From NCBI GenBank assembly GCA_050298595.1, contig JBNKUM010000062.1, positions 32,001-96,000 on the forward strand: 64,000 nucleotides of DNA. The letters run 5' to 3'. Positions 1-9,579 of this stretch are shown here, piece by piece (position 1 is the first letter of the stretch; every line of letters starts with the position of its first letter). The position numbers and the translations under genes are program-made. This DNA comes from Gammaproteobacteria bacterium (GTDB taxonomy: Bacteria > Pseudomonadota > Gammaproteobacteria > GCA-001735895). A model generated the notes under the pieces. It was given only the letters and a program-made list of their open reading frames with translations, was not told the DNA's origin and did no database searches.

Positions 1-60
1 CGCCAGGGTGGGGTACTGGGCTATACATGCAGATTTTTTATCAATATGCAATCAATAAGG

Positions 61-251
61 TGTTGCATAAAAGCATACAGCGCCAGTAGCGATATTTAGG
101 AGAAATCGTGCTGTTTTCGCCTGTTGGTTGCAAATTTGCAACAAAAATGGCACTGAATTGGTGATGAAAGAAAATTAGAAAGATCCAGTTCACAAAAAAT
201 GTTGTTTTTTTATACATTGGGTGTTGCAAAAAACAAATCATTGTGTATCAT
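61..251 (+). promoter_or_regulatory. Porin upstream region with repeated TGTTG-(A/T)n-(GC)AACA-like operator sites and a candidate sigma70 promoter
   Basis: Perfect palindrome GTTGCAAATTTGCAAC at 127-142; related sites at 61-79, 200-216 and 222-240; TTGCAA (224-229) and TATCAT (246-251) are 16 bp apart. Confidence 0.45.
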
Positions 252-329
252 TATGTCCGTCGATTGGTATTCGTACCAGCACAAAAAGTAAATTAATTTA
301 TTTTTCAAACATAATATTGAGGGTATCTC

Positions 330-1271
330 ATGAAAAAATTAGTAATCGCTTCTGCTGTTGCAGCAGTAATGGCTTCTAGCACAGTAATGGCTGACACTAC
401 TCTGGGTGGTGAAGTTCGCTTAAAGCTTCAAAATCAAGGTTCAATGGCCCTTAACTCTGGTAAATTGACTGTTAAAATCAATGGTTCTGAAGATCTGGGT
501 AACGGCATGACTGGTCTGGCTTACCTGGAAATGGAAAATGATAATGCTGATAACGAAACAGATACTTTCCACAATGACAAATCATACGTTGGTATCAAAG
601 GTGATTTCGGTCAGTTGACTTTAGGTGCTCAAGGCGATGCAGCAGGTTTTGCCTGTGGCGGAACTGATATCTTTACTGATAACTCTGGTAATGCTTGTAG
701 TAAAGGTGCAGTTAACGGAACTCTAGATAACGCTGTTGTTTATGTTAAGGGTTTTGATGCCTTAACTTTAGTTCTTGGTGCTACTTTTGATGGTGACTTG
801 GGTAAAAATGAAATGGTTGATACTGGTGATACTCAGCCTGACCGTGGTAACCACACAGTTATTGCATTAAATTATGCAGCTGATATGTTCTCTGTTGGTT
901 TTCAGGTAACTTCTCCTGATAGCGATGCTCCTGTATTGGGAAGTAATGGCCTTGATATTTCTAGCCTGACGGTTATTGGTGGTACTGTTAAGTTGGGTGA
1001 AGGCACTTTGGGTTTGACCTTTGCTGATAACAGTCTTGACAATGATAACACAGCAATGGCGATTGCATATGCAATGCCTTTAGCAGGCGGCACTATTATG
1101 ATTGGTGTTGATCAGGGTGATGCTCTGAAAAATGCAGCTGGTGACGATACTATCACTAACCTGGAATTCAAAAAGAAACTGGGTAAATCAACCTACGCTG
1201 GTGTACAGTTAAGTGATGATTCTCGTCAAGCGGATTCACTGTTCCAGGCGTACATGGGCTACAACTTCTAA
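330..1271 (+). CDS. Gram-negative outer membrane porin
   Basis: Signal peptide ending VMA-D; GSEDLGNGMTG and SYVGIKGDFGQLTLG porin motifs; C-terminal Phe (YMGYNF); GAGG RBS; own terminator. Confidence 0.9.
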   Translation: MKKLVIASAVAAVMASSTVMADTTLGGEVRLKLQNQGSMALNSGKLTVKINGSEDLGNGMTGLAYLEMENDNADNETDTFHNDKSYVGIKGDFGQLTLGAQGDAAGFACGGTDIFTDNSGNACSKGAVNGTLDNAVVYVKGFDALTLVLGATFDGDLGKNEMVDTGDTQPDRGNHTVIALNYAADMFSVGFQVTSPDSDAPVLGSNGLDISSLTVIGGTVKLGEGTLGLTFADNSLDNDNTAMAIAYAMPLAGGTIMIGVDQGDALKNAAGDDTITNLEFKKKLGKSTYAGVQLSDDSRQADSLFQAYMGYNF

Positions 1272-1297
1272 TTTAGATTTTTCTAAAATAGATCAAA

Positions 1298-1325
1298 GAA
1301 AGGGCGTCTCTGGCGCCCTTTTTTT
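1298..1325 (+). terminator. Rho-independent terminator of the porin gene
   Basis: AAAGGGCGTC-TCT-GGCGCCCTTT hairpin followed by a T run. Confidence 0.85.
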
Positions 1326-1407
1326 ATGTAAGCTTCGGTTTATTAACTTTTATCGGGCAGTGTTGATGTTGAATCACATATTTTACTTTGGTTCTAATTA
1401 ATTATTT

Positions 1408-2031
1408 ATGGCTCAATTTTTCGAAATCCACCCTGAAAACCCGCAAAAGCGCTTGATTCAGCAAGTTGTCAAGACTATTGATGATGGCGGTTTGATTATT
1501 TATCCGACTGATTCCAGTTATGCACTGGGCTGTCATATTGGTGATAAATCGGCCATGGAACGAATACAGCGCCTGCGCAAGCTGGATAATAAGCACCATT
1601 TCACGCTGGTTTGCAGCGATCTGTCCGAGATCGGTACCTATGCCAAGGTGGATAATTCATCCTATCGCTTGATGAAAACCCTGACACCAGGTCCTTATAC
1701 CTTTTTGCTCAAAGCAACCTCCGAGGTGCCGCGTCGCCTGATGAACCCGAAGCGTAAGACCATTGGCGTTCGTGTACCTGATAATGCCATAACACGAGCT
1801 ATGCTCGAAGAGCTCGGTCAACCTATCATGAGTAGTACCTTGATACTACCCGGTGGAAAAGATGCAATGGATGATGCCGAATCTATACGTGAGCATTTTA
1901 AAAACCATGTAGATTTGATTATTGATGGCGGTGCCTGCGGCATTGAGCCGACTACTGTCATCAATCTGGTCGATGGCAATCCCGAGGTTTTAAGATATGG
2001 CAAGGGCGATGCCGAATTCCTGGATTATTGA
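1408..2031 (+). CDS. yciO: YciO / Sua5-TsaC family protein (threonylcarbamoyl-AMP synthase-like)
   Basis: MAQFFEIHPENPQKRLI start; YPTDSSYALGC, PGPYTF, KRKTIGVRVP motifs. Confidence 0.9.
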   Translation: MAQFFEIHPENPQKRLIQQVVKTIDDGGLIIYPTDSSYALGCHIGDKSAMERIQRLRKLDNKHHFTLVCSDLSEIGTYAKVDNSSYRLMKTLTPGPYTFLLKATSEVPRRLMNPKRKTIGVRVPDNAITRAMLEELGQPIMSSTLILPGGKDAMDDAESIREHFKNHVDLIIDGGACGIEPTTVINLVDGNPEVLRYGKGDAEFLDY

Positions 2032-2043
2032 TCCACTATGAAT

Positions 2044-2131
2044 TAAACCACACAGCACACAAAGTACACAGAGAAGGCAAAAATGAATGGCATGCTTTTA
2101 CCTCGGTGTGCTCTGTTCGCTCTGTGGTTTA
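2044..2131. repeat. Imperfect intergenic inverted repeat built from CACAGAG-like subrepeats (REP/MITE-like)
   Basis: Left arm TAAACCACACAGCACACAAAGTACACAGAG pairs with right arm CTCGGTGTGCTCTGTTCGCTCTGTGGTTTA. Confidence 0.6.
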
Positions 2132-2222
2132 TGTTTTTTACATAAATCGCTTTCAGTTAAGTCGATATTTAGCACCTAGATGCTTATAATGCCGACTATT
2201 TATTGCCTTCAGGAAAATCTTT

Positions 2223-3440
2223 TTGAACACCTTAGTTAGTCAGAATCAACGCGTACTTTCTGGTATGCGTCCTACCGGTTTATTACATCTTGGTCATTAT
2301 CATGGTGTGCTCAAAAACTGGATCGAATTACAGCATAGCTATGAATGCTTCTTTTTTGTAGCCGACTGGCACGCTTTAACTACGCATTATGAGAATCCTT
2401 CCAATATTGCGCAAAGTAGCGTTGATCTAGTCATCGACTGGCTGGCGGCAGGGGTTAACCCTGGCAGTTCAACTATTTTTATCCAGTCTCGGGTGCCTGA
2501 GCATGCTGAGTTGCATACCTTGCTTTCCATGATTACCCCATTAGGCTGGCTGGAACGTGTCCCCAGTTATAAAGACCAGCAGGATAGACTCAAGGATCGC
2601 GACCTGAGTACTTATGGTTTCCTCGGTTATCCACTGCTGCAAAGTGCCGATATTCTGATGTATAAGGCTGGGCTCGTTCCCGTTGGCGAAGATCAGGTCG
2701 CTCATGTTGAATTAACACGAGAAGTGGCGCGTCGTTTCAACCATCTTTATGGCAAGGACGATGATTTTGAAGAAAAGGCGCATACTGCTATCAGGAAGAT
2801 GGGTAAAAAGAATGCAAAAATTTACAATGGTTTACTCAAACGCTATCAGGAGCAGGGTGATTCATCTGCACTGTCGGTAGGGCAGGCATTGCTGGATTCG
2901 CAACAGAATATCAGTATTGGTGACCGTGAACGGCTTTTGGGCTATCTGGAAGGTGGCGGTCGAATCATCCTCCCTGAGCCGCAGTCATTATTAACCCAGG
3001 CCTCTAAAATGCCCGGGCTGGATGGACAGAAAATGTCCAAGTCCTATAACAATACGATTGCGCTACGTGAACCACCGGAGCAGATTGAAAAAAAGGTCAA
3101 AACCATGCCTACCGATCCGGCACGTATACGTCGTACCGATGCGGGTAATCCGGAAAAGTGCCCAGTATGGGAGTTACATCAGATTTACTCTTCTGAAGAT
3201 TTAAAGGCGTCGATTGTAGAAGGTTGTACTACAGCGAATATTGGTTGTATTGACTGTAAACAGCATATTATCGATAGCATAAAGGCCGAGTTAATGCCTA
3301 TCCAGCGACGTGCGCAAGATTATCTGGAAGATATCACCAGTGTAGAAAATATCATCAACGAGGGCTGCGAAGCTGCTCGTGATGTGGCGCGTGATACGAT
3401 GGAAGAGGTTCGTAAATCAATGGGACTGACATTACGCTAA
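2223..3440 (+). CDS. trpS: Tryptophan--tRNA ligase
   Basis: SGMRPTGLLHLGH (HIGH-like), VPVGEDQ and KMSKS motifs; TTG start. Confidence 0.97.
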   Translation: MNTLVSQNQRVLSGMRPTGLLHLGHYHGVLKNWIELQHSYECFFFVADWHALTTHYENPSNIAQSSVDLVIDWLAAGVNPGSSTIFIQSRVPEHAELHTLLSMITPLGWLERVPSYKDQQDRLKDRDLSTYGFLGYPLLQSADILMYKAGLVPVGEDQVAHVELTREVARRFNHLYGKDDDFEEKAHTAIRKMGKKNAKIYNGLLKRYQEQGDSSALSVGQALLDSQQNISIGDRERLLGYLEGGGRIILPEPQSLLTQASKMPGLDGQKMSKSYNNTIALREPPEQIEKKVKTMPTDPARIRRTDAGNPEKCPVWELHQIYSSEDLKASIVEGCTTANIGCIDCKQHIIDSIKAELMPIQRRAQDYLEDITSVENIINEGCEAARDVARDTMEEVRKSMGLTLR

Positions 3441-3473
3441 AGGCGTAATCATCAAAATAGCCGACGGTAAAAT

Positions 3474-4280
3474 ATGAGCGATTTATTTCAGGAAAATCAG
3501 TCCAATCAATCCGAGATGCCTTTCGCTCTGATTCAGGGTGAGCCATTGACGATGATCCCGCAGGACCTGTATATCCCACCAGATGCCTTGCAGATTTTTC
3601 TGGAAGCCTTCGAGGGGCCGCTGGATTTGCTGTTGTACCTGATAAAGCGCCAGAATATCGATATCCTGAATATTCCAATTGCTGATATCACCCGGCAGTA
3701 TATGCAGTATATTGACTTGATGGAAAACCTGGAACTTGAGCTGGCGGCTGAATATCTGGTGATGGCTTCCATGCTGGCTGAGATAAAATCGCGTATGCTG
3801 TTGCCTCGGCCTCCCAGTGAAGATGATGAAGATGATCCGCGTGCTGAATTGATCCGTCGTTTACAGGAGTACGAACAATTTAAAAAAGCAGCAGAAGATC
3901 TGGATGCCTTACCACGTGAAGAACGTGATATCTTTATGCCACACCCGGAAAGGCCCGAGATGAGTAGTGAGATTCCTTTGCCCGATGTGTCGATCAAGGA
4001 TTTGCTGGCTGCATTTCGAGATGTGGTCAACCGTGCATCACAGTTTGCCAGTCACCATATAGAACGTGAGCCTTTATCCGTACGTGAGCGCATGACGATA
4101 GTTTTAAGTCGTTTAAAATCGAGTGGATATACAGAGTTTAAGGATTTCTTTGAGGTGGAAGAAGGACGTATGGGTGTAGTGGTTAGTTTTCTGGCTATTC
4201 TGGAGCTGGTTAAGGAATCAATGATCGATCTGGTTCAGAATGAGCCCTATGCACCTATCTATGTTAGAGCTAGAGCCTGA
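3474..4280 (+). CDS. scpA: Segregation and condensation protein A (kleisin)
   Basis: FEGPLDLLLYLI, AAEYLVMA and FLAILEL motifs. Confidence 0.95.
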   Translation: MSDLFQENQSNQSEMPFALIQGEPLTMIPQDLYIPPDALQIFLEAFEGPLDLLLYLIKRQNIDILNIPIADITRQYMQYIDLMENLELELAAEYLVMASMLAEIKSRMLLPRPPSEDDEDDPRAELIRRLQEYEQFKKAAEDLDALPREERDIFMPHPERPEMSSEIPLPDVSIKDLLAAFRDVVNRASQFASHHIEREPLSVRERMTIVLSRLKSSGYTEFKDFFEVEEGRMGVVVSFLAILELVKESMIDLVQNEPYAPIYVRARA

Positions 4281-4311
4281 TAAATAACACATTGAAAAAT
4301 TAGACATAAGC

Positions 4312-5010
4312 ATGACCCCTGAAAAATTAAAACCCATCATTGAAGCGATCCTGAGTAGCGCTGATCATCCTTTAAGCGTTGACCAGCTGTTTAATCTGTT
4401 TCATGGTGATATAGAGCAACCGGGCAAGGATGAAATCCGTCAGGTTTTGAATGAACTGGTTGACGAGTATCAGACACGTGGCCTGCAAATTAAGCAGGTT
4501 GCCAGTGGTTTTCGCTTTCAGGCCAACGCGGATTATTCTGTGTGGATTTGTCGCCTTTTGGAGCAAAAGCCGCCTCGTTATTCCCGTGCTTTGCTAGAGA
4601 CTCTTGCTCTGATCGCTTATCGCCAGCCGATTACGCGTGGAGAGATTGAATCCATTCGTGGGGTGAGTGTGAGTTCGAATATCATAAAAACACTGCAGGA
4701 ACGCGAATGGGTCAAAACACTGGGGCATAAGGACGTACCCGGCAAGCCCAGCCTGTATGGCACTACCAATACCTTTCTTGATTACTTCAATCTGAAATCA
4801 TTAAATGAGTTGCCCACGCTTTCAGAATTGAAGGATCTGGATAGCTATCATCCAGAGCTGGCCTTTAACGAAGATAATCTGGCGTCAGACGAACAGAGCG
4901 AAGAAACCGAAACCGAAACCGAAACCGAAGTTGAGATTGATCAGATAGCGGATAGTGAAGATGAAAATGAAAACGACGCTATCCTGGAAGACGACCATAC
5001 AACCTTATGA
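4312..5010 (+). CDS. scpB: SMC-Scp complex subunit ScpB
   Basis: LETLALIAYRQPITRGEIESIRGV and PGKPSLYGTT motifs; acidic tail. Confidence 0.95.
   Translation: MTPEKLKPIIEAILSSADHPLSVDQLFNLFHGDIEQPGKDEIRQVLNELVDEYQTRGLQIKQVASGFRFQANADYSVWICRLLEQKPPRYSRALLETLALIAYRQPITRGEIESIRGVSVSSNIIKTLQEREWVKTLGHKDVPGKPSLYGTTNTFLDYFNLKSLNELPTLSELKDLDSYHPELAFNEDNLASDEQSEETETETETEVEIDQIADSEDENENDAILEDDHTTL
4903..4926 (+). repeat. In-frame hexanucleotide microsatellite (GAAACC)x4 encoding ETETETET in the ScpB tail
   Basis: Four exact tandem GAAACC copies. Confidence 0.85.
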
Positions 5011-5990
5011 TCAAACTCTCACATCTTGTGTGGCTGTTTTTACTACTACCAATTGCCGCCTTAAGCGGCTGTAGCGATAAGGGTAAGGAGTTAAAACACT
5101 GGTTGCACGAAGATACAGGTTCATACGGTGCCGCCATTAGCGATGACAGTCGTTATCTATTAACCGGCTCTATTGGCGGTTATGGGCGCGTATGGGATGT
5201 GGATCAGGGTAAGGTGCTGTACAGCGTACAGCATGAAAGCAATGATGAAGGCGGCATCATCGCGGCTGATTTCTCTGCGGATAACCAATATCTGGTCACT
5301 ATTGAGCAGCAATCCATAGCGCGCTGGCGTGTATCTAACGGAAAGCTGGTGGGTTACTGGTCGTGGCCAGATCTACGAGATGTCGCCATATCGGCTAATG
5401 GTCGTTATGCACTGATCGGTATGAAAGCCAATCAGGCAATCTACTTCGATATGCAGGAAGGTAAGATGGTGTATGTATTTCCGCACCATGAAAAGATTAA
5501 CTCGGTTGCACTATCTCGCGATGGGCGTTTTGCATTGACTGGTTCAGACGACTGGCATGCCAGTTTGTGGGACCTGAAAACGGGTAAGTATATCTGGGCC
5601 AGGAATATGCAATACAAGATTGCCCATGTTGAGTTATCAGACGACGGTCAGCTCGCCTTTGCTAATGCTTCGGTGGGACAGGCCAGAATCTATTCAACGA
5701 ATAAAGAGGGGGATCTGGTCAGTGAGCTGGATATCAAATCACGTGGAATGACGGTTGTATCTGCTGACTTTTCAGATGATGGTAGTCTGCTCGCGACGGG
5801 TAGGGCATCCAGAGGTATCGATATCTGGGATATTAAAACCGGCAAGTGCCTTAAAACCTGGTTGCCTAAAGTTAAGCATCTGGTGCAGCCAGACTCCGCC
5901 ACAATACTTGATTTAAAGATCAGTGCCGATAATTCACAATTACTATCAGAATCGTCCGCCGGAATCGGTCAGCTCTGGTCTTTAAAATAA
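5007..5990 (+). CDS. WD40-repeat beta-propeller lipoprotein
   Basis: Lipobox LSGC after a hydrophobic stretch; WD repeats (GRVWD, ALTGSDDWHASLWD, IDIWD). Confidence 0.85.
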   Translation: MIKLSHLVWLFLLLPIAALSGCSDKGKELKHWLHEDTGSYGAAISDDSRYLLTGSIGGYGRVWDVDQGKVLYSVQHESNDEGGIIAADFSADNQYLVTIEQQSIARWRVSNGKLVGYWSWPDLRDVAISANGRYALIGMKANQAIYFDMQEGKMVYVFPHHEKINSVALSRDGRFALTGSDDWHASLWDLKTGKYIWARNMQYKIAHVELSDDGQLAFANASVGQARIYSTNKEGDLVSELDIKSRGMTVVSADFSDDGSLLATGRASRGIDIWDIKTGKCLKTWLPKVKHLVQPDSATILDLKISADNSQLLSESSAGIGQLWSLK

Positions 5991-6003
5991 CCTCTGGAAA
6001 ACC

Positions 6004-6789
6004 ATGCAACGTATTCAAAAATTACTCGCCCATAATGGTATAGGCTCGCGCCGTGAAATAGATCGCTATCTGCAGGAGGGGCGTATCAAGGTCGATGGTA
6101 AGCAGGCAAAACCTGGCGATCAGATCAGTGGTGGAGAAAAGATTACTCTGGATGACAAACCTGTTCGTTTATCCCGGCATGAAATCAAGCCAAAGATATT
6201 GATGTACCATAAACCCATCGGATTAGTGTGCTCACGCTCGGACCCGGAAGGTCGGCCAGATGTCTACAGCGATCTACCCAGATTACAGCAGGGGCGCTGG
6301 ATTGGAATTGGTCGTTTGGATATCAATACCTCGGGGCTGTTACTGTTTACTAACCACGGTGAACTGGCTAATCGTCTTATGCATCCCTCATTTGAACTTG
6401 AGCGTGAATATGCCGCACGCGTGCGCGGTCAGGTGACCGAAGATGCGCTTAAACAACTTGTTAACGGTGTTGAACTGGAAGATGGGCCGGCGAAATTTGA
6501 TTCGGTTACCGATGGGGGTGGTCAGGGCACCAATCACTGGTATCACGTGGTGCTGCGTGAAGGACGTAACCGAGAGGTAAGGCGTTTGTGGGAAGCGGTG
6601 GGTGTAGAGGTCAGTCGTCTGGTTCGAGTGCGTTATCATGAGTTCACCCTGCCCAAGTGGTTGAAGCCAGGTAAGAGTCGATTTCTGGAAGATATGACAG
6701 TCAAGAAACTGTTTGAATCTCTGCAGTTGGATTACGATCACAAGGTTACTCAACACGACCTGAAGCGTCGACATGGTCGCCGGAAATAA
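6004..6789 (+). CDS. rluB: 23S rRNA pseudouridine synthase B
   Basis: S4 domain (RIQKLLAHNGIGSRRE); catalytic GRLDINTSGLLLFTN; EGRNREVRRLWE; scpAB-rluB synteny. Confidence 0.92.
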   Translation: MQRIQKLLAHNGIGSRREIDRYLQEGRIKVDGKQAKPGDQISGGEKITLDDKPVRLSRHEIKPKILMYHKPIGLVCSRSDPEGRPDVYSDLPRLQQGRWIGIGRLDINTSGLLLFTNHGELANRLMHPSFELEREYAARVRGQVTEDALKQLVNGVELEDGPAKFDSVTDGGGQGTNHWYHVVLREGRNREVRRLWEAVGVEVSRLVRVRYHEFTLPKWLKPGKSRFLEDMTVKKLFESLQLDYDHKVTQHDLKRRHGRRK

Positions 6790-7435
6790 TTCTTTTCAAC
6801 AGGTTTATCTCAGGCTTCATGAGTACTACGGACATCAGGACTGGTGGCCTGCTGAGGATGAGTTTGAAATCATAATCGGTGCCATCCTCACGCAAAACAC
6901 CAGTTGGACCAACGTAGAAAAAGCGATAGATAATCTGAAACAGCAGGGTTTTTGCAACGCGCCTGCTCTGGTTGAGCTGGAACTGGAGCAACTCGCCCAG
7001 TTAATCCGTAGCTCTGGATATTTCAACCAGAAAGCCCTGCGCCTGAAAATTATTGCTGCCTGGTATCTGCAGCAGGGCGGTTTAAGCGGTTTAAGACAAT
7101 TTGACCAAAGTGAATTAAGACAGCAATTACTCAGTCTGAAAGGAGTGGGAGCAGAGACGGCGGATGATATCTGCCTGTATGCCTTCAATCATCCTCTGTT
7201 TGTGATTGATAGCTATACACGCAGAATTTTTTCACGCCTTTCTCTATTAAGCTCCGAGCACAGTTACAGCAAGTTACAGCAGATATTCCACCAGCATTTA
7301 CCGGCTGATGCAGCTCATTATCAACAGTTCCACGCCCTGATCGTCGCGCATGCGAAACAACATTGCCGCAAGAAGCCGGTATGCGCTCTTTGCCCACTAG
7401 AGGTATCATGCGAATATGGTCAGTCGTCACACTAA
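6773..7435 (+). CDS. Endonuclease III-related HhH-GPD DNA glycosylase with a 4Fe-4S motif
   Basis: GAILTQNTSWTNVEKA; HhH LKGVGAETADDI; C-terminal CRKKPVCALCPLEVSC. Confidence 0.88.
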   Translation: MVAGNNSFQQVYLRLHEYYGHQDWWPAEDEFEIIIGAILTQNTSWTNVEKAIDNLKQQGFCNAPALVELELEQLAQLIRSSGYFNQKALRLKIIAAWYLQQGGLSGLRQFDQSELRQQLLSLKGVGAETADDICLYAFNHPLFVIDSYTRRIFSRLSLLSSEHSYSKLQQIFHQHLPADAAHYQQFHALIVAHAKQHCRKKPVCALCPLEVSCEYGQSSH

Positions 7436-7916
7436 AAAAACACCCGCTCAAGCGAGAAAAAAAGGCAAAAGCAGTCCGTTACAGGTATCCAGACTGTTTG
7501 GGAAAATTCTGCCCGATGGCTTCCAGGCCAAAACAGCCCTGATCAATCAATATCAGCATTTTTTCAATTCGCTGGATTCTGATGCGGTATTTCAAATGGT
7601 CAAGGTGGTGAGTGTTGAAGCTGATATGCTAACTGTTTCTCTGCCTTCAGCAGGGCTGGTCAATTATCTGCGCATGCATGCCCAACAGATAAGTAAAGAA
7701 ATCGAACATCAATTTGGGCAGGTGATGGCACTGAAGATCGTCACTAGTCCTATGGGTGCGCAGAATGAAATGCCGCGCTCTCGCTTAAAACCTGCCGCGC
7801 ATTTTTCTGCAGAAGTTAGCGACAAAATCAAAATATCAGCCAAAAATATTGAGGATGATGAATTAAAACAATCGTTGTTAAGACTGGCCGAAGCAATCAG
7901 GCAAAAAGAGAGTTAG
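7416..7916 (+). CDS. DciA / DUF721 family protein (putative replicative helicase loader)
   Basis: LTVSLPSAGLVNYLRM core and C-terminal IEDDELKQSLLRLA resemble gammaproteobacterial DciA; recognition by eye only. Confidence 0.6.
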   Translation: MVSRHTKKTPAQARKKGKSSPLQVSRLFGKILPDGFQAKTALINQYQHFFNSLDSDAVFQMVKVVSVEADMLTVSLPSAGLVNYLRMHAQQISKEIEHQFGQVMALKIVTSPMGAQNEMPRSRLKPAAHFSAEVSDKIKISAKNIEDDELKQSLLRLAEAIRQKES

Positions 7917-9001
7917 CTGCCGTTGCTTAGATAAGTTGTGCGACGATCATTATAAATATCAGAATACAGATTGTTCTGGATGATCTTGATCGCTGCCATG
8001 GCAGGGATGGCAAGGATGACGCCGATAGTACCAAACAGATTTCCAAAAATAATAATACCTACGATGGCGAGCACCGGATGTAAATCCACAGCATTGGCGA
8101 TCACCGAAGGTATGACCACAACGTTATCTACTACCTGTGCCACCACCACTACTGCTATTGCCATATAAATCAAACTGGGATCGAATGGTGTCACTGCAGC
8201 GGCTACTATGGTGGCCAGGAACATTGAGATTAATGGCCCGATATAGGGAATCAGATTGAGTAACCCCGTTAATGTGCCCAATAATATCGGCATATCCAGT
8301 CCGATTATAAAATAACCTGTAGTTGCTACCGCAGCCATGATGAAAGATTGAATCATGACACCACGGGTATACAGTATGAGCTGACGAGTCACTCGATGGT
8401 AGATCAGCCAGCCCAGCTCAAAACTTGAATTAGGTAACCAGTTGAGTGCTTTATTGCGTACCTGTTTAAAGTCCTTGAGGATGAAGTAAGTCAATAAAGG
8501 TACCAGAATCAGGCTAAGGGTGATGGCAAAAACCTGTTCTGATATTTTGAGTAGTAAATCATTGCCCAGTGATGATGACTGAGCTAGGATCGATACCACT
8601 ACATCTGAAACATTAAATTCAATGCCTGTGATATCAGCAAATTTCTGACTGTACACATTTAATAAGCCTTCAAGGTGGCTGAAAATACCCGGCATTTTAT
8701 TCTTCAGGAATGCTGCCTGTTCCAGTAATTGGGGCAGAGCGAAACTGATGGCTAAAATACTGGCGGTTAGCATGAGGATTAGCATGAAAATAATCGCAGC
8801 TGAATGATTAATATTTTTGCGGACCAGATAATTAGTGAATGGTTGCAGTAGTGCGTAAAGGGTAAAAGAGATAATAATGGGTAGTAATACTGACGAAAGT
8901 AGATAAAAGGCCGCTAGCACAATTCCACCAATAACCGATAAAACTTTGAAGCTATCCAGATACGCCGAGCTGGCCCGATTGGTTTCAACGTGATGTCCCA
9001 T
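7913..9001 (-). CDS. AI-2E (UPF0118/PerM) family transporter
   Basis: Multiple TM helices; LLNLIPYIGP and VDLHPVLAIVGIIIFGNLFGTIGVILAIP motifs. Confidence 0.9.
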   Translation of the reverse strand: MGHHVETNRASSAYLDSFKVLSVIGGIVLAAFYLLSSVLLPIIISFTLYALLQPFTNYLVRKNINHSAAIIFMLILMLTASILAISFALPQLLEQAAFLKNKMPGIFSHLEGLLNVYSQKFADITGIEFNVSDVVVSILAQSSSLGNDLLLKISEQVFAITLSLILVPLLTYFILKDFKQVRNKALNWLPNSSFELGWLIYHRVTRQLILYTRGVMIQSFIMAAVATTGYFIIGLDMPILLGTLTGLLNLIPYIGPLISMFLATIVAAAVTPFDPSLIYMAIAVVVVAQVVDNVVVIPSVIANAVDLHPVLAIVGIIIFGNLFGTIGVILAIPAMAAIKIIQNNLYSDIYNDRRTTYLSNGS

Positions 9002-9002
9002 G

Positions 9003-9491
9003 TCAGTGTCCAGCTTTATCGGCTAATAGCAGGTTAGCCTGATGTAGACGCTGTGCCAGAGTTGAGGCAAGGTTTTTCACAAAGACCAGTCCCAGATAAT
9101 GTTCCACCTCAATCCATTCCTCCAGATCCTGTTTCAGAAAAAAAACCAGTCGGCAATTTCTGGCGCAGACAGCATCAGCGGTCCGCTTATCGTTTTCAGC
9201 CAGTGCAATTTCACCAAAAAAGTCTCCCTGATCGAGTACCGAAATGGGGGTATCTAGCGCCATGATTTTTACCTGGCCTTCAAGAACCAGAATAACGCCA
9301 GCGCCCTGATCGCCTTCTCGGAACACGATCTCGTTCTGCTGATAGTTTCGAATATGCATGTTTTCGCTTAACGCGGTAATGTGACGAAGCGGGATATCCT
9401 TAAATAGAGGAGTATTGCTCCAGTATTCTGCGATGGTATTGATCTCATTGTCCTTATGTTTGAACAGGTTTGACCAGAAGAAATTGTTCAT
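9003..9491 (-). CDS. Stand-alone cyclic-nucleotide-binding domain protein
   Basis: IVFREGDQG, GDFFGEIAL, RTADAV phosphate-binding cassette; no HTH; ATG at 9491 (TTG at 9494 is an alternative). Confidence 0.88.
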   Translation of the reverse strand: MNNFFWSNLFKHKDNEINTIAEYWSNTPLFKDIPLRHITALSENMHIRNYQQNEIVFREGDQGAGVILVLEGQVKIMALDTPISVLDQGDFFGEIALAENDKRTADAVCARNCRLVFFLKQDLEEWIEVEHYLGLVFVKNLASTLAQRLHQANLLLADKAGH

Positions 9492-9579
9492 CAATATTTG
9501 CCGGTTTTAAATAGCTAGCAGAATAGCAAAGCGTAAAACGGATTAACAATAAAGATAGGGTAACGGGAGAATATTTTTT

